Shown piece by piece: positions 29,301-41,000 of a stretch of DNA of 64,000 nt (positions within the stretch are counted from its first letter, which is position 1; each line of letters begins with the position of its first letter). Position numbers and translations under genes: made by a program. The stretch comes from Ostrea edulis. Its lineage: Eukaryota. The notes under the pieces were generated by a model, which was given only the letters and a program-made list of their open reading frames with translations, did not search any database and was not told the origin of the DNA. The DNA lies in NCBI RefSeq assembly GCF_947568905.1, contig NC_079172.1, forward strand, positions 9,114,001 to 9,178,000, in the 5' to 3' direction.

Positions 29301-29500
29301 GATTTGGACCCATTTTGCAACACATCATATTATTGATTCTTAATATTCAGCTATTGGCCTAGAATCATCAGCCAAACTACATAATTTTGTTGACAATAGC
29401 AATACTAAAATTACTTTGCTGCATCATCTGCAGTAGTTCCAGAGGGCTGAAACACCCTCAGGGCCTCAAACGCTTTGATTAGTTTCTCGATGGTAGCCAT
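732..29500 (-). CDS. HTT: Huntingtin, 5' ~1400 codons (24 coding exons); gene continues beyond the left edge of the window
   Basis: Exons, minus strand, all with GT-AG junctions and cumulative phases that agree: 29415-29500, 26459-26545, 26177-26297, 24391-24530, 24005-24143, 23602-23743, 20561-20742, 19687-19870, 18495-19193, 17064-17219, 15321-15520, 13712-13813, 13450-13547, 13068-13326, 10579-10739, 8510-8652, 7097-7229, 6672-6865, 5589-5713, 3874-4059, 2460-2680, 1879-1954, 1015-1232, 732-880 (4201 nt). Translation contains hallmark HTT segments: [17 protein letters not shown] (N17), [103 protein letters not shown]. The acceptor of exon 5589-5713 (AAG) is the least certain junction. Confidence 0.96.
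4355..5542 (-). mobile_element. tRNA-derived SINE-like element whose internal 25-mer is amplified into a minisatellite (4429-5480, ~42 copies)
   Basis: Unit CCCTCTCACATACACCCACTACTGA. Left flank GGAGTAC..GGAGGAAACC..GTGACCACTATACCC and right flank GATCCAACTCAG..CTAACCACTACACTA resemble the reverse strand of a tRNA-headed SINE. The array is certain; the SINE host is less so. Confidence 0.7.
6433..6715 (-). repeat. 47-bp tandem array (~6 copies) of an HTT exon end plus donor
   Basis: Minus-strand unit GGGGCCACCACTGACAACAAAACTCCCACAAAACAACAGAAAG|GTAA; the first copy is the true end of exon 6672-6865. Confidence 0.95.
7211..8248. repeat. Composite minisatellite: 60-bp unit (~11 copies, 7211-7870) joined to a 68-bp unit (~5.5 copies, to 8248)
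   Basis: Both units share the core GGCATCAGTTTACAACTCGTAAAACATC. The 60-bp unit contains the acceptor and first 19 nt of HTT exon 7097-7229. Confidence 0.95.
9622..10057. mobile_element. Tc1/mariner (pogo-like) MITE
   Basis: Terminal inverted repeats CCGTATATACTCGCCTATAAGTC / GACTTATAGGCGAGTATATACGG flanked by TA on both sides. Confidence 0.85.
15780..16260 (+). mobile_element. Decayed, internally deleted hAT-type transposase relic in an HTT intron
   Basis: [25 protein letters not shown] resembles a BED zinc finger. [24 protein letters not shown] resembles the hAT C-terminal dimerisation motif (ERVFSTAGDIV..R..LKPENVD). The two pieces lie only ~150 bp apart. Confidence 0.65.
17259..18261. 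mobile_element. PIF/Harbinger-type non-autonomous DNA transposon
   Basis: Inverted termini GGGCTGTTCCAGAAAT..poly-G / poly-C..ATTTCTGGAATAGCCC with a TAA duplication on both sides. Confidence 0.8.
19170..19398 (-). repeat. Degenerate ~41-bp tandem array (~5-6 copies) containing an HTT splice acceptor
   Basis: Plus-strand unit GATGGAACTTTTGTGAAACCTATAATAATTTACACGACACA; ATTATAG|GTTT on the minus strand recurs in each copy, and the last copy is the acceptor of exon 18495-19193. Confidence 0.88.
19866..20157 (-). repeat. 19-20-bp tandem array (~15 copies) containing an HTT splice acceptor
   Basis: Minus-strand unit GTATGTTTTCTTTATACAG; the last copy provides the acceptor of exon 19687-19870. 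Confidence 0.92.
22912..23420 (+). mobile_element. Non-autonomous Helitron/Helentron-type (HINE-like) element with internal ~140-bp repeats
   Basis: AACAAG start, repeated GAAAGGTCTTGTCACAAGGAAT..CAAAAGTTATTAGCAAGGTTAAAGTT units, GACAGA microsatellite and 3' hairpin CCCCCAATCTTCGATCTCGGGGG ending in ATAAAAA. Related relics at ~5765-5990, ~12410-12925, ~48750-48820 and ~57700-58095. Confidence 0.65.
28181..28718. mobile_element. hAT-superfamily MITE
   Basis: TAGGGCTG / CAGCCCTA termini, subterminal CGGTT/AACCG motifs, perfect 8-bp TSD GTTGCACA (28173-28180 and 28719-28726). Confidence 0.9.
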
Positions 29501-29525
29501 GGCTGGTGACCAATCACATCACCTC
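29415..29525 (-). CDS. HTT: HTT first coding exon (N17 domain; 25-nt UTR portion preceded by a splice acceptor)
   Basis: Not in the ORF track (too short). ATG at 29500 reads [29 protein letters not shown], donor AA|GTAATT at 29415. TTTTAG acceptor at 29526-29527 implies an upstream non-coding exon. Confidence 0.92.
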
Positions 29526-29847
29526 CTAAAAGCAAGTTCACAGATAAATATTATAACAAGCAATACTAACATACACACTTCATTATGAAACAAGCATCGT
29601 AATAGTTTTAAAAATCTAAATATCATTAATCAGTCATAATGATTACTCTAAATTGACAAAAAGTATGACAAAAATATGAACTCCACTAAGACACGTAATT
29701 AAACTCATCGGCCTGCAAGGTGTTTAAATGGATCATGTATCAACAACACTCTTTCCTCTGACCTTACAATAAAGAATGCATACATATTCAACTCATTGTA
29801 CACAGCACAGCCTTTCATGACTTGTTCATAGTAGTTTCTAATGATGT

Positions 29848-30184
29848 GCATACGGTGGTCTAGAGGTAGTACGTTCATCCCATATGTGGAAGGTCGGGGT
29901 TTGAATCCAAGCTGCGACAGACATAAGTCGTTAAAACAGGTAGTGAGAGTTCCATCGCTAAACGCTCGGCATCAGGTGTGAATGTCACGGGTCTTCGGAG
30001 ATGACCTTAAAAATGGATGTCCCATGTCACAGTAAATGTGGCACATTAAAGAACCCTCACTGCTCAATGGCCGTAAGCTCCGATCATAGGCCTAAATTTG
30101 AAGCCCCTTTCCAGTATTGGCGACATCTCCATATGAGTGAAAAATTCTCGAGAGAGCCATTATACAAGATACAATCAATCAACC
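29848..30184 (+). mobile_element. tRNA-headed SINE with Meta-type core (near full length)
   Basis: Degenerate A/B boxes, body similar to 62018-62294, core GTGGCAC.TAAAGA.CCC...TGCTCAA.GGCCGTAAG, (CAAT)n tail. Confidence 0.85.
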
Positions 30185-30860
30185 TAATACATGTGATAAA
30201 ACTTCCTTGTACTGTGAAGCTTTGTTATTACTATTGTTGGTGCAATCTTTTCAACTTCTTCAAATATAGTTTCTCTATCCTCATATTTGGCTGTTTATAA
30301 AAAAAATAATGGTGATAGCTGGCCATTGACCTTTCTTACATGTAATTTTACTCATATCAACTTGAATTTTTTATGATATTATATATTCATATCGACCTGA
30401 ATTTACAGTCATTATATCATAGCTATCATTTTGCAATCTGATTTACATCCAACACAATTTCTATCCATATGAACTAAGAAACATCGAATATGAAGTTTTT
30501 GGAGCATTGTGATATTTATTTTATTCCAGTCAAGTAACTAGCTGAATCAAGTGATATTTTTCCTGTTTTGTTTTGAACTGAATTAATTTGAAATCATTTT
30601 TTCTAGTTTTTATTGAGATGTAAAGTACATGTATCACGATATGTATCATGTCATGTGCCAAATATCGTGATATGTATCGGCTAGAAAAGGCATCACCCCG
30701 TCCCTATGAGCTACAACACATTTTTCCCCTTCAACAAATGAGGCTTTATATCACTGTATTCTTGTTCTGCTGTCAAAATTTTAAAATAAATGTTTTACTA
30801 TGCAATACACTTGCATCAAATATATTTTTTATAACCTTTAAATATTAGTTACAGTCCCAT

Positions 30861-31394
30861 TAATCTCACTTGAGATTCCACTCGACTGAATATTTAGACT
30901 GACGCCTTCACTGAATCTGGGTACGAAAATCCCAAAATAAAACAGTCACTAAATTTTCCGTTCAAATGAAGACTTCCATGGCACAATATTTTATCTTCCG
31001 AGAGTTCCTATAGTCTGTATTATCTAGTTACTGATACATTGTATCACCACATACTTACTTGAGCATCACGAATTTAAAAAACAAACTATAGTAACTCTTC
31101 AATTTCTGGAGATAAAATATTGTGCCATGGAATGATCATTAGAACAGAAAATTTAGTGATATGAAATTTACATACTTACATGGTAAGTAATGCAGCATTA
31201 ATAATGATACAGAGTTGGTTTAATAGTCAACTAACTGATTTGAAGCAAACAGCAGTGTCACCTAAGAGCACAATGTTTGCTAGAACCGGCCGAAGCTGAA
31301 AGTAAATTTCCAGACATGAATTATGAAGGATTGCTCCGAGATTCGGAGAAAGAGTCAGTCTAAATATTCAGACGGGCCGAATTGGCCGAGATTA
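30861..31394. mobile_element. TIR MITE with 8-10-bp TSD (Mutator- or hAT-like)
   Basis: Termini TAATCTC..CTGAATATTTAGACTGAC and its inverse; direct repeat ACAGTCCCAT at 30851-30860 and 31395-31404; nested internal inverted repeat CATGGCACAATATTTTATCT. Confidence 0.8.
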
Positions 31395-31769
31395 ACAGTC
31401 CCATGTAAATTGAAAATTGCCTAATTTCGTTTGATTTAAGACCTCAATCATGCTCAGATAAAAATGTGCTCTAATTGTTTTTAGATGAGGTGGATCAGTA
31501 GCTCTCTGGTATGTCACAAAACATTTCCCCTGAGAGCTACAGTTCTGCAGCTATCATTTTTCTGCTCTGGTCTCCCTCTTTCAAAACCACGGTTTTGAAA
31601 TCCACGAGAGCGACTTCGGACATGTTTGCAACCACATGACAATTACTTTAGTTATTTCCTTATAATGATTCCAAGGTACAAAAAACACACAAACCAACAC
31701 AATTTGGACTGGAGCCTTGAACAAAGACCTATTGATTATTTTCTTGACACTCATATCTTCACATTTTCT

Positions 31770-31795
31770 GAACGGAAGTATAGGTCACGTGAGAA
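31770..31795 (-). promoter_or_regulatory. Candidate HTT promoter elements (ETS-type CGGAAGT and E-box GTCACGTGA)
   Basis: CGGAAGT at 31773-31779 and GTCACGTGA at 31784-31792 lie ~2.3 kb upstream of the first coding exon, which has its own acceptor. Motif match only. Confidence 0.3.
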
Positions 31796-32904
31796 AATCA
31801 GAACCATAATCATAAAGAAGAAAACCTTTCTAATAAAACAAAATAAATCCGATATTGCATGCATCTAAGTATTAATGCTGGTATATATACCGGTGCACGG
31901 TTTTGTACTAATTTTTGGGACATCGAAACATGATCTTAATCATTCACTTTAGGTCAGCCGTAAAATGAATCACAAAGGTCAAATCTTGAATTTGACCTTA
32001 TTGCACTTAATTTCCCCATAATATATACGACGAGATTAAAAATGCATACACTTATATACAGTATAAATGTTAATAAACATTTTTATTGTATCAGTTGTAA
32101 CCCATTTGCACTTAATGTTTTCACAGATTTTACACTTAGGGGGTCTACAATATTCTATCTTACTTTTTATTTCTTATACATTATCTGGCGGTCGTTACTT
32201 ATTTTATCCGGTGGCCGCCACATAATTCATACATGGTGGCTGCCAATCTAAAAAACAATACAATTTATACTGCTGAGTGATTATTTTTTAAAGATTTAGA
32301 ATCGTACACAAACACATAGCATCGTTTTTCAAAGTATAGGGACAGCCAGAGGAGAAATTGTCTTTGACAAGCAGAAAAGGAACCCCCCAAAAATTCTTTT
32401 TTGCCCAAACTTCGTACTCCTAAATTGGAGGGAGGGGGCTCCGTTCGTCCTTCAATTCATCAGTTCATTCATTATTCCATTTTTACTATTCATTACTACC
32501 ACCAAAAGAATGGGATGGGGGCCAATCTGCCAATTAATCTTATTTCACATGTGAAAATAACTTAAATTAGTCTGCATATAAAAAAAAAAAATAAAATAAA
32601 ATAAAATAATGTACGTTGACAAAAAAGTGAAGGGTTAGCACTCTGGTTCTACCTGCCTGATATGTTGGTATATTTAAAAAGTTCAGTTCAATTCAGTTTA
32701 TCAGCAAAAAACCATTCGGTTTACAGGCATGTACAGATGAAGATTTGCTCGTGTGCAAATCTGTCGACATTTGATATCGTGAACATTTATATAACATTAA
32801 AAATTAACAGGACAATCGAAAAACAATAATGCTCTTAATTGTATATCAAATAAATATTACTAAGTATTGGAAAAGGAGATTACAAGGGATTGCACCCCTT
32901 TGAT

Positions 32905-32943
<39 letters not shown>

Positions 32944-34485
32944 GTGTGTGTGTGTGTTGAATAACTGGCGGTCCCCATATAAATTAACTAATTAGATGTT
33001 GTCCTCCCTAACATGTATATTTATCAAACGTCCGAATCTCTTTTTATGCATTATATGTCCTGGCATCTCTATTTTGTGCTAATGCCGGGTCGGAACATAA
33101 ATATATGTATTATTTGTACGGTTATACCCTTGGAAATATTGATTATATAATTATAAAATCAAAGTTGTGTGCCTCATGTACCATTGTGACGCGGGTACGT
33201 TAATGCAGGTTATGAAAATTTTTACTGGGATAAAATCCGCGAAACAATGTGACGTCATAATTGAAATAAGTATATCACTCAAACTTCCACCAGAGTTCGT
33301 TTGCTCACAAATCTTAGCAAATACTTTTAGAGACTTTTTATACACCATGTGAAAGGTCATAAACTAATGTACACGGCAATTACTGATAGAATCGTCTGTT
33401 AAGATTACTTTTAAAGTAATTCTGATATACTATGGGTATTTTACCGTCATTATCGCCAGTTAGACAAATATTTAAATCTTGGGATAATGTGCTACTTTTA
33501 CATTTTCTATTAAGGTACCTCCATGATCTAATTTATAACAGTCATGCAATGACGTCATACGGAAGCGCATGTTTGTCATGGATGTTCTCATGTAAACAAC
33601 CAAAATAGTTTTTAAGAGTTAGTAGCTCCCTCTCTCTGTGTAAGACAGATTTTAAAAATTATGCAGTTTACGTACATAAATGAAGCATGGCCTGGTTTGA
33701 GCGAATAAATGAAATGAAATGGTTGCCAGTTAAATTAAGTGGCGGCCGCTGCATAAATTAAGTGACGGCCACTACATAAATTAAGTGACAGCCGCCAGTT
33801 AAAATGAATATCAATTCTATACACTGGCACCTATCGGCTTCTGTACATACCAGATTAAAGTATTCTTTACTTTCACCAATTTTGTATATGAATTTACAAA
33901 TGAAAAAAAAAGTAGGCGCAAGCCCTCCCCCTACATCAAACGGAGCTGCATTCAACAGTTGTTTGTGCACATTTCGTTCTACCTCGGAAAACTTTTTCAT
34001 TTGAACCAAAAACAACAACAGCTAACTTCCTGAAATTGACTTTGCAAAATCCTATGACGTCACAGGGCACAGGCACTCGATAATACATTAAGGAGAGGGG
34101 ACTCATGTGTTATACAAATGCCTTTGTTACAGGGGGGTGGAACTACCTTTAACCTTATACAGATATTGAATGTGAATCAAAGTACCGAATGCATTCCTGG
34201 GAGTTGAACTTTTTCAAACATTCAAAGAAAAGAAAATCACTGAATACATGTATATCAAAATGTTTCCGCTGATTTTTTCATATTTATTATAAATTTTGCG
34301 CTAGCTGTTACCATTGATTCTTTATTCATTTACTATATACAGAGATTCAGGCGTGTCAGTCATGTAGTAGATGTGTGTCTTAACCGTCAACCTCTCTAAT
34401 TAGCAACCACCACCTATTTTTTTTTTAAAATTGCCCAAAAACAATAAAAATCAGGTGTAATTACCAATTTTGAGTATGCTGAATC

Positions 34486-35502
34486 TATGGAGCGCCAATT
34501 TAACATAGACTCAAATAACTGAAGATATCTTCAATTATTTGAAAATATCATCAATTCAATCATTGCTCTCTTTAATTGAATTTATGTGCGCATTAAATCA
34601 ATTATTGCTCTCATCAATTGAATTAATGCGCGCATCAATTGAATTAATGAGAGCAATAATTGATTTAACGCGCACATTAATTCAATTATTGCTCTCTTCA
34701 ATTCAATTGATGCGCGTATTAATTGAATTAATGAGAGCAATAATAGATTTGATGCGCGCATTAATTCAATTATTGCTCTCTTCAATTCATTTGATGAGAG
34801 CATCAATTTAGTAGAAATATTGCTCGCAATGATAAATTTAGAGCTCGGTATAAATAATTTGATGATCTCTTTAATTCAATTGAAAAGATATCTTTAAATC
34901 ATTTACAATGCTTTTGTATAAGGAATTAATGCGCGCATCAATTCTTTTAAAGAGAGCAACAATTCAATTAAAGATATCATTAATTCAATTGTGGATATGT
35001 TGAATTGAAGATATCTTTAATTATATAGTTGCTCTCTCTAAAAGAATTATTGCTCTCTTCAAATGAATTAAAGACATCATTAATTCAATTGAAGAGAGCA
35101 ATAATTGAATTAATGCGCGCATTAAATCAATTATTGCTCTCATCCAATGAATTAATGCGCACATCAATTCAATTATTGCTCTCATCAATTGATTTAATGC
35201 GCGCATTATATCAATTATTGCTCTCTTCAATTGAATTGTAGTGCGCATCAATTCAATTGTTGATATCATTAATTCATTTGAAGAGATCATTAATTCAATT
35301 AAAGCGCGCATAAATTCAGCTGAAAAATTAATACTATCATCAATTCAATTAATGCGCGCAATAATTCAGAATTGAAGATATCATTAATTATTTGAAGAGA
35401 TCTTTAATTCAATTGTTGCGCGCATCAAATGAATTGATGATATCTTCAAATAATTGAAGATATCTTCAATTATTTGAGTTTATGTTAATTTGGCGCTCCA
35501 TA
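34486..35502. mobile_element. IS3EU-like non-autonomous DNA transposon with palindromic AT-rich internal repeats
   Basis: ~55-bp TIRs starting TATGGAGCGCC; 6-bp TSD TGAATC (34480-34485, 35503-35508); a duplicated empty site with a single TGAATC lies at ~35700. Confidence 0.8.
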
Positions 35503-36799
35503 TGAATCCAAATCTGAATTCCTTTTACTCCACTTTCTTTTAGAAAATGAGGTATAGTGTCTTAAACACCCCTACCGTCAGGTTGTCAAAAACGGAAAAT
35601 GTTTCATTTCACATTGAAAAAGTGACCCAACTTTATTTCTTGAAACATCACTACCCAAGACAATAAAAATCAGGTGTAATTACCAATTTTGAGTATGCTG
35701 AATCCAAATCTGAATTCCTTTTACTCCACGTACTTTCTTACAGAAAATGAGGTATAGTGTCAGGTTTCCGTCAGGTTGTCAAAAACGGAAAATGCTCCAT
35801 TTAATTCACATTAAAAAGTGAGGGCGTTTAGTTAAAATTCCATCATTATCAGAATTTACCGAAACACTACAGATGAAACATACTCTCTGGCCAGTCTGGG
35901 GGCTGAGTTGCATCAGAACTGACAGAAGCAGAACTGCTGAGTGGTATCAGAATCTGTTTGAGAATGAATGGTTGAAATGTTTATTATTTATTTATTTTTA
36001 TTTTTTCAGAATTCAGAAATTTAAAAACTGCATGATTAGATATTTTTGTAACACCAATAATGTCCCTTTATTCAATGATTCTTCAAGTACAAACCATGAT
36101 ATTAAAAAAAAATGAAATGAAATGATAGATAAATAAATAAAATATTTGTCTGTAAGTTACTTTATTTATCTCTAAGTAAGTCACTAAGTGTAACTAGTGG
36201 CAGTGCAATTTGCCAGTAAAAATTGTATCATCTGTAGCTAATGACCCCTTTTCAATTTGCCTTGCCTTGTAATTAATATTGCTGAAAATTTGGCAAATAG
36301 CATTTTTAGCCCAGCCCCCCCCCCCCCCCCCCCCCCAGTCCATACTCCACTTTTCTTTAAACACTAAAAATCCAGCTAAGATTCAGTGAGGAAGAAATGT
36401 CACTACCATATTTCGAATTTCCTCTAGACTATATCAAATGAAATACCGCACTACTATCAGTCACAGATTGACACTGGTAGGGATATGGGGACCTGGTCTG
36501 TGAGTGTAATGAAAAAGATTCTGATGAAAATAAAGATTCACTCATCATTCAGAAATACATGTGATGTATAAACATTGTATTATTATATACTTCCGGTACG
36601 TTGTGTGTACGTTATTAATGGAGTTCTCTTTCCTTGGATATTGAAATCAATCAAATACTATACGAACACAGACAATTACCGTCCATGTTTGACTTCAGTA
36701 TAATTTATCTATGCATAAAATTTATTAATATGTCACTCTTTGTTGCGTATTTCACCATTAAGTCAATGTTTACATATATTCGCTCTGAATAAAGGATTA

Positions 36800-37090
36800 T
36801 ATTGTTTGGAGTCAATACAACATATCATTGGGTCAAATGCTGTCTAACATGTTTCATGCCGATTGTTAGGCTGTTCTTGGCATACTGATTTTGACTACGG
36901 ATAACTCCGTTTACCTGATCAGGATATAGGGCTCACGGCGGGTGTGACCGGCCTACAGGGGATGCTTACTCCTCCTTGGCACCTGATCCCACCTCTGATG
37001 TGTCCAGGGGTCCGTGTTTGCCCAACTATCTATTTTGTATTGCTTATAGGAGTTATGAGATTGATCACTGTTCGTTATCTTCGCCTTTTA
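36800..37090 (+). mobile_element. 3' end of a Penelope-like retroelement
   Basis: Encodes QYNISLGQMLSNMFHADC* followed by a ~220-bp 3' region nearly identical to the copies at 52610-52830 and 53144-53302. Confidence 0.75.
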
Positions 37091-37395
37091 TTGTTTGGAG
37101 TATGTTTTCCACGACATACGTTATTTAAAATAAAACAAGGATGTGAAGGGGCTCACACGAAAGTCCTTCACAATATAATATTCATGCGCGCAGTGCTTGG
37201 TGGCCAAGGGAAGTTGAACAAGTCCCAAAAGTTAAAGCTTACAGATGAGATTTCATATCTTTTTAAGAAATTCTCAAATGGATGAACTTTTTTAAACATT
37301 CGTGCACCAAAGAATTTACATGTACATCGTTTATAATTTCACAGTTTACGTCATAACTAGGGATTGGGGGTGAGTGGGATGATCAGGGATTCACC

Positions 37396-37639
37396 TAATT
37401 CTCTTTAGAGAAGTAGACAAGCATAGCCTACAAGTGTTGGTTTCCTTGTGACTGATGCATGCATTGATGTAAAGTTGTAAAAACAATAGCAAGCTGACTG
37501 TTTAGTAAATTCAGACATATTTAAGTCGAAACGTCGTCCGAAGCGTAAACCGTTACCGGTTCCGGCATTTATACGTTTTCCGGAATCAAAACATAGAAGT
37601 GGATGTTGGCTATGTCTGTCCACTTCTCTAAATAGAATT
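37396..37639. mobile_element. Short imperfect-TIR element ~430 bp upstream of the CYP start
   Basis: AATTCTCTTTAGAGAAGTAGACAAGCATAGCCTACA versus the inverse at the right end (AATTCTATTTAGAGAAGTGGACAGACATAGCCAACA). Confidence 0.6.
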
Positions 37640-38070
37640 AAAAAAAAAACCCAGTAGATTGTCTACATCCAAGAGAGAATAGGATTTACCTGACCCTCCT
37701 CCCGACCCCTTTCTTCTCATTTCCCTACCCCCTCCCATTTCCCCTGCCCACCCCCACAGGTCACAAATGACTGACTACTATAGTATTAGTGTGGATAATT
37801 TAATTTTTATACGTGTGACTGTTACTGTTAGATTCCCCATTTTTTTTTGGGCATCGATAAGCTTCTATAATATTAAGTCAGCTCGGGAGTTTTATACATA
37901 AAGCGATTGTAAAGAGGAAGGAGGATCGCGATTGAGTGATCATTTGTCATTGATCTCTCATCACTTCGAGGAAAGATGTGAAACACTTGAGTGTCACTTG
38001 ATATCTAGGTTAGATGTATTCAGTCGACAGCCTTACATGTCGTGTAAGACTTAGTTTTATTTTTTAATTG

Positions 38071-41000
38071 ATGGGATATTTAAATTTACCGGACATTATG
38101 TGGGTAACTGTAGCCATTGTTCTTGTATTTGTCGGTCTACTTTGGAGTCTGACTGGACGACGTAGAGGTCTACCACCAGGTCCGCCATGTTACCCAATCG
38201 TCGGAAATCTCGGATGCATAAAACCGTCAGATTCCACAGAAGCACACAGGAGATTGAGGAAGATTCACGGAGACATTTATACCGTGATGATCTTCCACAA
38301 ACCGGTGATAGTCGTCCACGGATTTCATCACATACAAGAACTTTTTGTTAGATTTGGCTATATGTTTTCTGATCGACCAAAGGTTTATTTTTCAGAAGTT
38401 GTTACAAAAGGAAAAGGTACCCTATATATTCATTGACCAAGATCGCGACGGCAACTTGTGTTTTGTTGGACTTGAGGGCCTTAAAATGTTGCATGAGGTA
38501 GTAGGCCACATTTAGGTATGAGGGTCCAGTAAAACACATTGCCCGTGGTCCAGTCAATAAATGTTTTACTGAATTTCCGTCGAAAACATCATTCTCAATG
38601 GTGGATCCATCTTTTTTGCCTGATGTATTGCACCGAAATCCGATCAGCCACTTTGGTTGTATTTTTTGATGTCAGTTTTAAACGTTTCGGAACATCACGG
38701 AAATTATCGAGCTGGGTTTCGGCTGAGCAGATATATCACAGATATTAACGAATTAACCCGAGTACCAGCGAATATTAATGCTGCCTTGTCAAACCGTGCA
38801 ATGGAGACACGATTTTGGAACCATCCATTTCAAAATCGATGTTGAAATGAACAGTTTTATATCGAGATTTCAGTGCATGGACTGGGCAGTCCAAACATTA
38901 AAATTGGCTGGACGTTTTTTTTTAATATTGTATACAGTTATATATATAAGGAGTAAAAATATCGTCTGTTATACCCTTTAATTTTTTTCATATATAAAAC
39001 TAATACAATTTAAAACTAACATTTCAACTGTTAAATCAACTCTCACACTCGTGGTCTATTGACCGGTCAACAGTTTACGAACTGTTGACCGGGCAATAAT
39101 CTGCTTCATTTCTATTGGCTACGCAAGTCTACGGCTTCGGGCAACAGATCCATTCTCGGGTCAAACAAAACAGCTGTTGTCCTCGAACGCAGTCAATAAC
39201 TTTATAATATTGACCACTGGTCTCCAATACCAGCTATGTCAATTACATGTATGTTTATTACCTGTCAAAGGATCGAATCCTCAATCAATGTTGGGCTCAG
39301 CAAATTGCTAATTTTTTGTTTTCGTTGCAGGTGTAATCTGGACATCTGGTGCACTATGGAAGGAACAAAGAACATTCGTGCTGACAACGATGCGTAAATT
39401 TGGATTCGGGAGACGCTGCATGGAAAGTCACATAATGGAAGAAATAGACTGCGTCCTGGACGAATTCGAAAAATATAAAAACGACGCTTTTGACATTCAG
39501 ACACTACTAAATATATCAGTTTCAAACGTAATTTGCTCAGTCTTCTTTGGTAAAAGGTTTTGTTATGACGACACCAAATTCAAGCGTTTGATAGCTTTGT
39601 TAAATAAACTGATTGCCAGCATTAATGGTTCTTCGCCAGCGTTCATTTTTCCCTGGTTGCGGCATTTCAGAATATTTAACTTGGACAAAACGATGGAGTA
39701 CGCTAATGCAATGTTTGACTTTGTAACTGAAATAGTCGAGGAGCACAGAGAAAGTTTTGATGAGAACAACATCAATGATTACATCGATGCTTATCTTCTG
39801 GAACAAAAACAAAGAGGAAATGCACCCGACACCACATTCACAGGTAATGTATCGCAACATATATTCAACAACTACAGCTTAAATCTTCTGTTCTCGTTAT
39901 GTAATATTGCTTTCAAATAATATCATAAAAATATGTAGTGTGAATTTGACACTACTGTTAGGAGGAAGGTCCCATGATTCATCGGTAAAATAATTTGGCA
40001 ATAAAACTACTCTCTAGTCAGTGGAGTGAAAGCAGGGAGGTAAAGATTCGAAGCTAATGACCCCTTTTGCCTTTGCAACTTCACGCTGCCACTTCGCCAT
40101 TTCCCGCCTTCGTATGGTATTCTGATCAGATCACTTGTTCTTTCGATCCTTTGTGTTTTTAGCGAAGGATTGAAAGTGCGAGTGGGAAGGACCAAATATG
40201 GGAAGCCAACGGAGCAAAACTTATATTGCTCTTCTTCGCCACCATAACCATAACATTTGAGACGGGGGGGGGGGGGGGGGGGGGGTGGGGGGTGAACTAT
40301 AGGAGTGTCCGGTGGTAAAGTGTACAAAAAGTAATATATAGGACAGTTTTTCTATTCTTTTAAAAAACAAAGGTACAATACATCAAATCAACATCCACCC
40401 TCATGTAGTGTAGAGTCAAGCCGGAATACAGAGTAGTGGTTTGTACAGTCAAGTCTGTATACAGAGTAGTGGTTTGTACAGTCAAGTCTGTATACAGAGT
40501 AGTGGTTTGTACAGTCAAACCTGTATACAGAGTAGTGGTTTGTACAGTCAAGTCTGTATACAGAGTAGTGGTTTGTACAGTCAAGTCTGTATACAGAGTA
40601 GTGGTTTGTACAGTCAAGTCTGTATACAGAGTAGTGGTTTGTACAGTCAAACCTGAATACAGAGAAGTGGTTTGTACAGTCAAGCCAGTATACAGAGTAG
40701 TGGTTTGTACAGTCAAACCTGAATACAGAGAAGTGGTTTGTACAGTCAAGCCAGTATACAGAGTAGTGGTTTGTACAGTCAAACCTGTATACAGAGTAGT
40801 GGTTTGTACAGTCAAGGCAAGTATACAGAGAGGTGGTTTGTACAGTCAAGTCTGTATACAGAGTAGTGGTTTGTACAGTCAAGTCTGTATACAGAGTAGT
40901 GGTTTGTACAGTCAAGCCTGAATACAGAGAAGTGGTTTGTACAGTCAAGCCTGAATACCGAGTAGTGGTTTGTACAGTCAAACTTGAATACAGAGTAGTT

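Noticed and set aside
34539-35311. Leucine-zipper-like ORFs (IELMRA repeats)
   Set aside because: Internal palindromic repeats of the IS3EU-like MITE; open on both strands, no domain.
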